The notes under the pieces: generated by a model
The model's database searches: none
What the model saw: only the letters and a program-made list of their open reading frames with translations
What the model was told of the DNA's origin: nothing
Translations under genes and position numbers: made by a program
Shown here: positions 1 to 6,043 of the stretch, one piece after another
How positions within the stretch are numbered: the first letter of the stretch is position 1
Layout of the letters: the number at the start of each line of letters is the position of its first letter
Virus record (IMG/VR): IMGVR_UViG_3300012971_000014
Coordinates: 1 to 39,174 of that record
Direction: 5' to 3' (one strand)
Source of the DNA: a virus
DNA length: 39,174 nucleotides

Positions 1-121
1 ATCGACGACGGCGCGCTCGCCGCTGGTACTGAGTCGGCCGCTATTTCCATCGACGACGGCGCGCTCGCCGCTGGTACTGAGTCGGCCGCTATTTCCATCG
101 ACGACGGCGCGCTCGCCGCTG
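1..121. repeat. 48-bp tandem repeat (2 full copies 1-48 and 49-96, partial 97-121)
   Basis: Unit atcgacgacggcgcgctcgccgctggtactgagtcggccgctatttcc read directly. It is in frame on the minus strand and encodes the 16-aa unit MEIAADSVPAASAPSS. The same array is present at the window end. Confidence 0.95.
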
Positions 122-410
122 ACACGGGCGGCGGCAGCTCAAAATCCGGGATCGTGATCTTGACCGTCTGGATCTTCTCGACGCGAATGAGGTGCCGATA
201 CGCCGGCAGGCCGCGGAGATTGCGCTCGATCTTCTCCAGCTCCTTGCCGATCGGGATCGCCTCATTCGCCTCGAAACGGCGGACCTGCCTCGCGTTCAGG
301 TGCGAGCGGTGCGCGAGTTCGTTGATCGAAAGTCCGCGCTGGTTTCGAAGTGCGGCGAGAGCCTCGCCGTAGGTTGCGTAAGGTGTGATCCACTTGTCCC
401 CCGGCATCAT
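3..410 (-). CDS. XRE-family HTH protein; 3' end runs off the window start with no stop codon (continues in frame across the junction)
   Basis: ATG at 410 overlaps the stop of the upstream gene (ATGA at 407-410). My translation MMPGDKWITPYATYGEALAALRNQRGLSINELAHRSHLNARQVRRFEANEAIP has the classic HTH_3 pattern. It then reads PPPVSAASAPSS followed by MEIAADSVPAASAPSS repeats. Absent from the ORF track, presumably because no stop lies inside the window. Confidence 0.75.
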   Translation of the reverse strand, partial: MMPGDKWITPYATYGEALAALRNQRGLSINELAHRSHLNARQVRRFEANEAIPIGKELEKIERNLRGLPAYRHLIRVEKIQTVKITIPDFELPPPVSAASAPSSMEIAADSVPAASAPSSMEIAADSVPAASAPSS

Positions 411-763
411 CGGAACGCCCCCAGGATTTTAGCGGCTATTTTTTCGACGAGTTCCGCTCGCACTCTTGCAAGTGCCTCCTCGACGATGGCCGGGGTTTCA
501 GTCGCGGCCCATTTGCCGATGCGGCCACCCTCGTTAATTTTCGACATGACCGTGTTTGTGGTGATGTCGCGGAACTCGCGGCAAAATTGCTCGTCGGTCT
601 TTATGGTCCGGAGCGTCTGCTCGATGCGGGGCTCCAGCCGTTTCAGGGTTCGCACCGACGCCTCGTTCCAGAGCTGGGTGACGAGTTTCAGCGTAAGATC
701 TTTGACCGCGCGCTCCACTGCGGTCGCGACGACAATCTCGCTAGGGACATTGAATTCAGGCAT
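407..763 (-). CDS. hypothetical protein (118 aa)
   Basis: ORF-track protein with balanced composition. GGAGG-type RBS (revcomp of 771-776) 7 nt upstream of ATG 763. Coupled to the next gene by an ATGA overlap. Confidence 0.75.
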   Translation of the reverse strand: MPEFNVPSEIVVATAVERAVKDLTLKLVTQLWNEASVRTLKRLEPRIEQTLRTIKTDEQFCREFRDITTNTVMSKINEGGRIGKWAATETPAIVEEALARVRAELVEKIAAKILGAFR

Positions 764-783
764 CTGGACACCTCCCTATAAAA

Positions 784-825
784 TCGGATTTTACGCGCCG
801 ATGATCCGCTGGCAACAAAATCCGA
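784..825. promoter_or_regulatory. 9-bp inverted repeat in a divergent intergenic region (candidate operator)
   Basis: tcggatttt (784-792) and aaaatccga (817-825) are reverse complements. They lie between divergent genes 407..763(-) and 928..1137(+). Confidence 0.25.
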
Positions 826-927
826 CGGATGCGCCGCTCGGCGTGCGTTCGCGTTCGACGAATACAACGCACTGTGTATGCGGGCCGTGTTACAAAACGC
901 CAATATCCTCGACGGGAGGATCCCCGA

Positions 928-1137
928 ATGATGACTCCAGAAGAAAACGCAGACCCGACCCTGGCAAGGATGCGCGCCACAAATCAGCGGCTCGCCCAAC
1001 TCCTCGCGGACCCGCACGTCGGCGACTCGGCGTGGCACCGGGATGTATTCCGCATGATCGCCCGCATGGCGGTGATGGTCGGATTTGATCGCGAGCTGAT
1101 GAAGGGTGCGACTGACGGTGCGACGGAAAAGGACTAG
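928..1137 (+). CDS. hypothetical protein (69 aa)
   Basis: Internal ATG of ORF 829..1137, preceded by GGGAGGA at 914-920. Sequence MMTPEENADPTLARMRATNQRLAQLL... The N-terminal extension in the track is Arg-rich and looks spurious. Confidence 0.6.
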   Translation: MMTPEENADPTLARMRATNQRLAQLLADPHVGDSAWHRDVFRMIARMAVMVGFDRELMKGATDGATEKD

Positions 1138-1298
1138 GGCTGGCCGGCCATGTTCTCGGCGATGATCCGGGCAAGGAATGCCTCGACGAGATCCGGCCGA
1201 TCGTAGGCGCGCCGGCCGCATCGACCGCACTCGATGATATGGCCCAAGTCCTTCCCTGCCGTTCCCGCGATGAACATCTCTTGACCGCAGCACATCAT
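1134..1298 (-). CDS. small Cys-containing protein (54 aa; CC...CxxC)
   Basis: C-terminal part of ORF 1134..1958: MMCCGQEMFIAGTAGKDLGHIIECGRCGRRAYDRPDLVEAFLARIIAENMAGQP. Its ATG overlaps the stop of the upstream gene (ATGA at 1295-1298). It shares the palindromic CTAG stop at 1134-1137 with the convergent plus-strand gene. Confidence 0.55.
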   Translation of the reverse strand: MMCCGQEMFIAGTAGKDLGHIIECGRCGRRAYDRPDLVEAFLARIIAENMAGQP

Positions 1299-1522
1299 GG
1301 GCGCTCCTCGGGTGGCGGCTGGCTCGCGCCGTCGCATTTGTGTCTCTGCGCGGCGAGGACGAGCGCGCTTAGCACGGTGCCCGGCGGCCAGCCGACGCGA
1401 TGGCGGCCGCCCATGGCCGCGCCGCAACTCACGCAGGATAGTGCGATGGCATTCTCGCCGCCTGGCGTCTCGATGATCTCGAGACGCACCTCGCCGAGCT
1501 GCTGAAATTCGTTGACGTCCAT
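1295..1522 (-). CDS. hypothetical protein (75 aa)
   Basis: Internal ATG at 1522 of ORF 1295..1588 with a GGGAGG RBS about 7 nt upstream. Sequence MDVNEFQQLGEVRLEIIETPGGENAIALSCVSCGAAMGG... Confidence 0.6.
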   Translation of the reverse strand: MDVNEFQQLGEVRLEIIETPGGENAIALSCVSCGAAMGGRHRVGWPPGTVLSALVLAAQRHKCDGASQPPPEERP

Positions 1523-1600
1523 AGAACCTCCCTTTCCGCTTGCGACCCCGTCCCTCTGGGTGTATGCCGAATGTGTCCTTTCCGTCAAACACCCGGTACG

Positions 1601-1645
1601 AAAAAGGGCCCCGAGGTTGCGACGCCTCGGGGCCCTTGATTTTTC
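1601..1645 (-). terminator. Intrinsic (rho-independent) terminator, bidirectional in form
   Basis: 13-bp perfect stem aagggccccgagg (1604-1616) / cctcggggccctt (1625-1637) with an 8-nt loop. Flanked by an A5 run (1601-1605) and a T5 run (1640-1644). On the minus strand the U-run directly follows the stem, 10 nt downstream of the lipoprotein stop. Confidence 0.8.
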
Positions 1646-1654
1646 GACGGTGGG

Positions 1655-1996
1655 TTACTGTGGCGTGCAGGCCGGCGGCAGGATCCCTTGCCAGAGGATC
1701 TGGCAATTGGCGCTGTCGAGCGCGGCCACGCAGCTGTCGACGAGCTGCTGAGCGAGTTCCGGCGTCACGGAATGCTGGGCGCACTCGGTGCCGGTGCAGC
1801 ACGCGGAGACGCGCTGCGCGGTGCAGATAGGCACCTGCGAGCCGAGGATAAAACCGCACTCGACCTCGCGGTTGCAGAGGGCCTCGCCGAGCGCGGTGCA
1901 GGCATCGCCGCGCGTCGCGTCGAGAGAGATCACGTGGCCGCCGTCGGAGCTGCCGCATGCGGCGAGTGCGACTAGCAAAATCAGAGAGAGTTTCAT
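1655..1996 (-). CDS. Cys-rich secreted lipoprotein (113 aa), moron-like
   Basis: Internal ATG at 1996 of ORF 1655..2110. MKLSLILLVALAAC has a signal peptide with an L-A-A-C lipobox. About ten further Cys occur in the mature part. The gene is followed by its own terminator. Confidence 0.8.
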   Translation of the reverse strand: MKLSLILLVALAACGSSDGGHVISLDATRGDACTALGEALCNREVECGFILGSQVPICTAQRVSACCTGTECAQHSVTPELAQQLVDSCVAALDSANCQILWQGILPPACTPQ

Positions 1997-2085
1997 GGCC
2001 GTCCTAATCGGTCGGGGGCTGCGGGACTTGAGTGACCTTGCGCGGCCGGCCGCCGAGCTTGCCGTTTTGACGGCTGGCCGCTCGC

Positions 2086-2346
2086 TTGGCGTCGCTCGTC
2101 GAGCGGCCACCCTTCCGGCCGCCAGCGGCGCCGAGGAGCGTCGAGCACGAGGGCGCTAGCGGGCGGCCCCCCTGTGCGGCGGAAAATACAGCACGTCCAA
2201 CCGTCGCGACCATGGAAGGCTTTGACGCGACGAAGGTCGGCGACAAGCAGATGGTCGCGAGCGTGCTCGCGATGACGAACCGGCTGAACGATGGCAACGT
2301 GCACTTCATGCCGGTGCACTGGGCCTGCGCGACCGGCGAGGAATAG
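2086..2346 (+). CDS. small protein ending ...MPVHWACATGEE; paralogue of 38127..38345 (start uncertain, TTG 2086 or ATG 2212)
   Basis: The C-terminal motif VHWACATG is shared with the 72-aa protein at 38127..38345. 26 nt (2311-2336) match the reverse complement of 38140-38165 with 2 mismatches. Confidence 0.45.
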   Translation: MASLVERPPFRPPAAPRSVEHEGASGRPPCAAENTARPTVATMEGFDATKVGDKQMVASVLAMTNRLNDGNVHFMPVHWACATGEE

Positions 2347-2467
2347 CCTTGCTGGCGCTCCGGCGCGTGCTATAGCCCTGCGTCCGCCGATCGTCCCGGG
2401 CCCTACACGCACATTCGGTCTTATCCACCGAGCCATTCGCGGCCCTGGCACTCCGGCGGAGCCCTGC

Positions 2468-2764
2468 CTAGTTCCGCTTCTCAAGATCGAACATGCGCTC
2501 GACGATTTTTGCGGCGTCGGGGTCGACGCCACGGATCTCGGCCAGCACTTCGCTCGACGGCGCGACCGGCTGAATCGGCTCGCCGAGCGCGGCGACGCAG
2601 GGAACGCAGATCGGGCGCGCGCCGACCGTCTCGGCATGGCGTCGGCTCGCCGGGCTCACCCAGACGAGAGCGCCGCATGCCTGGCATTTCGCCGTCGACG
2701 ATGCCACGTGCGGCTGGCCGTCGAGGACGCGCGAGCACACGAGGACCGGCGGCCGCTCTTTCAT
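2468..2764 (-). CDS. small zinc-binding-like protein (98 aa; CQAC...CVPC)
   Basis: ORF-track protein MKERPPVLVCSRVLDGQPHVASSTAKCQACGALVWVSP...ICVPCVAALGEP with two CxxC pairs and a plausible composition. Confidence 0.65.
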   Translation of the reverse strand: MKERPPVLVCSRVLDGQPHVASSTAKCQACGALVWVSPASRRHAETVGARPICVPCVAALGEPIQPVAPSSEVLAEIRGVDPDAAKIVERMFDLEKRN

Positions 2765-2862
2765 TCGCGCTCTTATATCATGAGCACCGATCGCCGCACA
2801 GTCGGCGCCCGCGCAGCACGCGGGTCTTGTCCTTTCGTCGTCGTCACACTCAGTGTAACACC

Positions 2863-4398
2863 CTAGCGACGCGACTTGCGCCGGGGGGCATCGGTGGGGG
2901 TCTGTAGCGCCGCCGCCAGCTCGAGAGCGCGCGCCGTGTCCCCGGATCGGATCGCCGCCTGGAGCTCGTCTAGGGGCGACGTACCCACGATGGGTACGTG
3001 ATCCGTCAATCTGGCGCGATCTAGGGGTATGACATTCGCATCGTCCTCGACGGCAACCGGTGAATTCGGCCGATCTTGCGTACCCTGAAAATCGGCTTCA
3101 AGAACCGGTCCCTGCGATTGTTTCTGCCAACGATTCAAGGTGTTTGGGAACCGCGTACCCACCGGCGTACCCAGCCCCGGATTGTCCGCGTCGCTGAGCT
3201 CGAAACGAAGTTTGGCCACCTCGCGGCAGTATCCTGCCCACTGAGTGCGTAGATACCCGGATGCGACGTCGCGCGGCTCAGGGTGGATGATGCGCTCGAT
3301 CACCGGCTCGATCGCACCCGACTCGACGATGAGCTCGGTTTTCCACCAGCTGCGAAAGTCGTGCCCGCCTCGGTTGCGATACATGCCGGCGCGGATGCGG
3401 AGGCCGAGCTTCGCAAGATCCTGGAGAAAGAACTCCTGCGCATGGCGCACGTTGCATGGCGTCCCGTTCCTCGTCGGAACGATGAGATCGTCGGGCCTCG
3501 GCGCGCGCCCGTATGTCTGCGCCCAGCCGCTCGACCACCAGGAGTCGAGGATGATCGCCAGCGTCGCATGCACTGGAAAGGAGTACGTGCGCTTGGTTTT
3601 TGTCTCCCACTCTCGCGCCAGCGTCGAGGAAAAACCCGTCGTCGCGCGCAGGCGCCCCAGCGGCTGCCAGGGCTTGCCGGCGCGCTCGTAGTCGCGCCAG
3701 CGTCTCGGCGCGGCGTCGGCGTGGCGCGCGCCCGAGAGTGCCTTGATGGCATACATCACCCGTCGGTCGGGCTGGATCCGCGGATCACAGATGAGCCGGC
3801 GCACCTCGTCGGTCGTGTACGTCGCGAGGTCGCGCCAGTCCTTATCCTTGTCGCCCTTTGGCGGCAGCGTGTTGCGCGGCAGGTCGGCCCATGGGCGCTC
3901 GCCGTCGGCGAGGACGCCGCGTTTCAGCGCCATGGCTTTGAGAAAAATGCGGAAGGTCCCATAGATGTTCCAAATGTAGTTTGGTGCGCGGCCGGCGAGC
4001 TTGAGCGCGGTGATGAGCTCGACGACGGTGTTCGACGTGAGATCGGCCATGAGCATGTCGCCGATCAGCATGCCGCCGCCGGTCCTCGTTGCGTAGATGA
4101 GGTTCATGCGCGTGCGCTCGTTGTTCACGTCGCCGAGGTGCCCGGCGCGCTGGAGCTCGAAACGCCCGTCCAGCCAGCGATCGCCGCATTTCCTGACGGT
4201 GAGCGGGCCGTCGACGTTGGCGGTGCGCCGCTTGGCGGCAAGTTTTTCCCACTGGACCGCGTAGCGCTTTGCAAGTGTCTCCTGGCCGTCACCCTCGTAA
4301 AAGTCGGTCTTGAGGTTCTGGCGCTTGCCGTTCTCGTCGCGGATTTTCATCCAGAACCGTCGAGGCGGACGCGATCCGCGCAGGAATACCGAGGCCAT
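2863..4398 (-). CDS. int: Tyrosine recombinase / phage integrase (511 aa) with a long C-terminal extension
   Basis: Catalytic-domain pattern recognised by eye: LSGARHADA (box I Arg), GGHDFRSWW (H-x-x-R) and HPEPRDVASGYLR (His and Tyr nucleophile region). About 125 further residues follow the Tyr. Sits downstream of excisionase-like and RHH genes. Confidence 0.93.
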   Translation of the reverse strand: MASVFLRGSRPPRRFWMKIRDENGKRQNLKTDFYEGDGQETLAKRYAVQWEKLAAKRRTANVDGPLTVRKCGDRWLDGRFELQRAGHLGDVNNERTRMNLIYATRTGGGMLIGDMLMADLTSNTVVELITALKLAGRAPNYIWNIYGTFRIFLKAMALKRGVLADGERPWADLPRNTLPPKGDKDKDWRDLATYTTDEVRRLICDPRIQPDRRVMYAIKALSGARHADAAPRRWRDYERAGKPWQPLGRLRATTGFSSTLAREWETKTKRTYSFPVHATLAIILDSWWSSGWAQTYGRAPRPDDLIVPTRNGTPCNVRHAQEFFLQDLAKLGLRIRAGMYRNRGGHDFRSWWKTELIVESGAIEPVIERIIHPEPRDVASGYLRTQWAGYCREVAKLRFELSDADNPGLGTPVGTRFPNTLNRWQKQSQGPVLEADFQGTQDRPNSPVAVEDDANVIPLDRARLTDHVPIVGTSPLDELQAAIRSGDTARALELAAALQTPTDAPRRKSRR

Positions 4399-4400
4399 CT

Positions 4401-4598
4401 CTAGACCCTCCTTCCGTGCCGGCGTACGTATGCCTCGAGAACGAGGCGCGCGAACGTCGAGACGCCAACGTCGGTCTCCTCGGCGAGCCGGAGGATCGCG
4501 GCGGCATCATCGGCGCCGAGGCGCAGGCCGATGAATCGGGATTCTTTGGGAGGGCGCGGCGCCGGACGGGTGGCGCGCGGCGGTGATTTTAGTTTCAT
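4401..4598 (-). CDS. Ribbon-helix-helix (CopG-like) small DNA-binding protein (65 aa)
   Basis: Internal ATG of ORF 4401..4703. FIGLRLGADDAAAILRLAEETDVGVSTFARLVLEAYVRR fits a beta strand followed by two helices (RHH pattern). No clear SD; the start lies 11 nt after the upstream stop. Confidence 0.55.
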   Translation of the reverse strand: MKLKSPPRATRPAPRPPKESRFIGLRLGADDAAAILRLAEETDVGVSTFARLVLEAYVRRHGRRV

Positions 4599-4608
4599 GT
4601 TTAACAGC

Positions 4609-4977
4609 TTAGCGTTTTTTGGCGAGCTTCGCGGCAAAATCCTCGTCGGCCAGCTCCTCTGGTGACTTTCTCGATCCGCGCCGAGGGGCATCGCGCCGGC
4701 CATGCTCGAGAAGATCGGCCAGATCGCTTTTCTTGAGGCGCACGATGCGATCGTCGCCGTAGCGTGCTAGGCGGCCCGCTTTGATCCACTTTCTCACCGT
4801 GGCTCGAGACACACCGGCGAACGCGGCCGCCTGGGCGACCGTCATGAACTCGTCGGGCCCGGCGCCGGCAGCGGCCTCGCTATCGGCGAGGCAATCGAGG
4901 AGCGCGGCGCCGAGCTCACCCAAGGCATCGCGGAGACGTTCGCGCGGCGTGCCTCTATTCCTCGTCGACGAATTCAT
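4609..4977 (-). CDS. Excisionase-like / MerR-type HTH DNA-binding protein (122 aa)
   Basis: MTVAQAAAFAGVSRATVRKWIKAGRLARYGDDRIVRLKKSDLADLL is the typical excisionase/HTH_17 pattern. Lies immediately upstream of RHH and int. An alternative start is ATG 4845. Confidence 0.75.
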   Translation of the reverse strand: MNSSTRNRGTPRERLRDALGELGAALLDCLADSEAAAGAGPDEFMTVAQAAAFAGVSRATVRKWIKAGRLARYGDDRIVRLKKSDLADLLEHGRRDAPRRGSRKSPEELADEDFAAKLAKKR

Positions 4978-5131
4978 CGGGGTTGATCACCGTGAGATCC
5001 CAGACGTCATGTTCCTGGTAGACGTTGCCCCAGCTCATCATCCACACGACGCCGATCCATTCGCCGCGCACCTCGACGACGACGCCGACATCATCGCTTT
5101 GCCCGAGCGACACGTACGTGCCCCGCTCCAT
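4955..5131 (-). CDS. hypothetical small protein (58 aa; below the ORF-track cutoff)
   Basis: My translation: MERGTYVSLGQSDDVGVVVEVRGEWIGVVWMMSWGNVYQEHDVWDLTVINPDEFVDEE. GAGGGG RBS 5 nt upstream of ATG 5131. Confidence 0.55.
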   Translation of the reverse strand: MERGTYVSLGQSDDVGVVVEVRGEWIGVVWMMSWGNVYQEHDVWDLTVINPDEFVDEE

Positions 5132-5312
5132 TTTTGCCCCTCGTGCTCACCCGTCGACGGTCGCGATAGCCGCACCATCGGCAGACGCGCCCGTCGCCGT
5201 CGAGCGCTTCGATCATCGCCGTCAAGCGCCCGCAATCTATGCAGCGCATCTCGGCGGCGCGCCGCCGAACGCCGTCGCCGATGCGGCGCTTCCATTCGGG
5301 ATTCAACATCAT
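5091..5312 (-). CDS. small zinc-ribbon protein (73 aa; CIDCG...CRWCG)
   Basis: Internal ATG 5312 of ORF 5091..5342 overlaps the upstream stop (ATGA). Two CxxCG pairs. Confidence 0.55.
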   Translation of the reverse strand: MMLNPEWKRRIGDGVRRRAAEMRCIDCGRLTAMIEALDGDGRVCRWCGYRDRRRVSTRGKNGAGHVRVARAKR

Positions 5313-5518
5313 CTCCGACGCGCCGGTTGCCCGCGCAGCCAATCAAGGAATGCGGTCTCACAGGAGCGACAGAGATCAATCTCCGGATCCGCTGGTGACG
5401 CCATTGACATTTCATGATCACCGTCGCCGTCGAGATGAAGGACCCTAAGAAGCGTTCGGCGGATGCAGGCGATGTCCGCGCCGCAATGGTCGCAAGAACG
5501 CAGAATCTTGGTTGTCAT
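5309..5518 (-). CDS. small zinc-finger protein (69 aa; CDHCG...CRSC)
   Basis: ORF-track protein MTTKILRSCDHCGADIAC...LCRSCETAFLDWL. AAGGGAGAA RBS upstream of ATG 5518. Confidence 0.7.
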   Translation of the reverse strand: MTTKILRSCDHCGADIACIRRTLLRVLHLDGDGDHEMSMASPADPEIDLCRSCETAFLDWLRGQPARRR

Positions 5519-5531
5519 TTGCAGTTCTCCC

Positions 5532-5762
5532 TTAATATGAGATGTCGTCGTCGGGCGGCGACGGCGCGCGCTCGTCGAGGATGCGATCGATGGCCGCGCA
5601 GGTCTCGAATGCTAGGCGCGCAGCGGTCTCGGCGATGTCGGCGATCACCGTCGCGCTCGGCGGATGATCGCCGTCGACGGCGCGCGCCATTGTGGCGCGC
5701 ACATACTGGCCGGCGAGATACACCATCGGCGTTACGAAATCGGCATCGACGGTGCGGCTCAC
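5532..5762 (-). CDS. hypothetical protein (76 aa, GTG start)
   Basis: GTG at 5762 overlaps the upstream stop (GTGA). The downstream part of ORF 5532..5894 (SRTVDADFVTPMVYLAGQYVRATMARAVDG...) looks coding, whereas the track N-terminus is Arg-rich. Confidence 0.5.
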   Translation of the reverse strand: MSRTVDADFVTPMVYLAGQYVRATMARAVDGDHPPSATVIADIAETAARLAFETCAAIDRILDERAPSPPDDDISY

Positions 5763-6043
5763 GACGGCACCCTCTGGTAGAAAGCCCGATGAATCCCGAG
5801 GTGAATCAGGGCATCGACGTCGGCGAGCGCCAGTTTCGGCCGCTCGGAGCTTTGCACCGACGCGAGGGGCATCGAGCCCTCTCGGCCAATCCACATCGTG
5901 ACATCGCCAAACGCATTGTCCGAGAAAAAGCCATAGCCGTCGGCCTCGAGGCGCGCCGCCATGTCCTCGACGTCGAGCGGGCGATACACCTCGACGATCC
6001 GCGTAATGCCCGTGTCATGTTCCCTATGCATGAATCTGACCAT
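5759..6043 (-). CDS. hypothetical protein (94 aa)
   Basis: ORF-track protein MVRFMHREHDTGITRIVEVYRPLDVEDMAARLEADGYGFF... with balanced composition. Confidence 0.7.
   Translation of the reverse strand: MVRFMHREHDTGITRIVEVYRPLDVEDMAARLEADGYGFFSDNAFGDVTMWIGREGSMPLASVQSSERPKLALADVDALIHLGIHRAFYQRVPS

Noticed and set aside
192-1088. Long alternative-frame or antisense ORFs throughout the track. Examples: 192..1088, 688..1293, the N-terminal part of 1134..1958, 1993..2637, 3283..4404, 5414..6670, 5806..6588, 6579..7322, 8278..9492, 13842..15110, 14285..15694, 19242..20846, 22196..23563, 22663..23661, 22846..23844, 32340..33089, 33482..34408, 35275..36150, and the N-terminal part of 36525..37982.
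   Set aside because: Their translations are Arg/Pro/Ala/Gly-rich low-complexity strings typical of off-frame reading in high-GC DNA. They overlap ORFs with recognisable motifs, RBSs and coupled start/stop junctions, so I treat them as non-coding.
2808-2824. The GC hairpin CCCGCGcagcaCGCGGG could be the integrase terminator.
   Set aside because: The T-rich tract follows the stem on the plus strand, not on the minus strand on which int is transcribed. The stem is only 6 bp. I kept it only as a landmark within the attP candidate gap.
5038-5094. An ATGA-coupled start at 5094 lies directly after the stop of the 5091..5312 gene.
   Set aside because: That frame gives only an 18-aa peptide (MMSASSSRCAANGSASCG). 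The overlapping 58-aa ORF 4955..5131 has a strong RBS and a protein-like sequence, so I preferred it.
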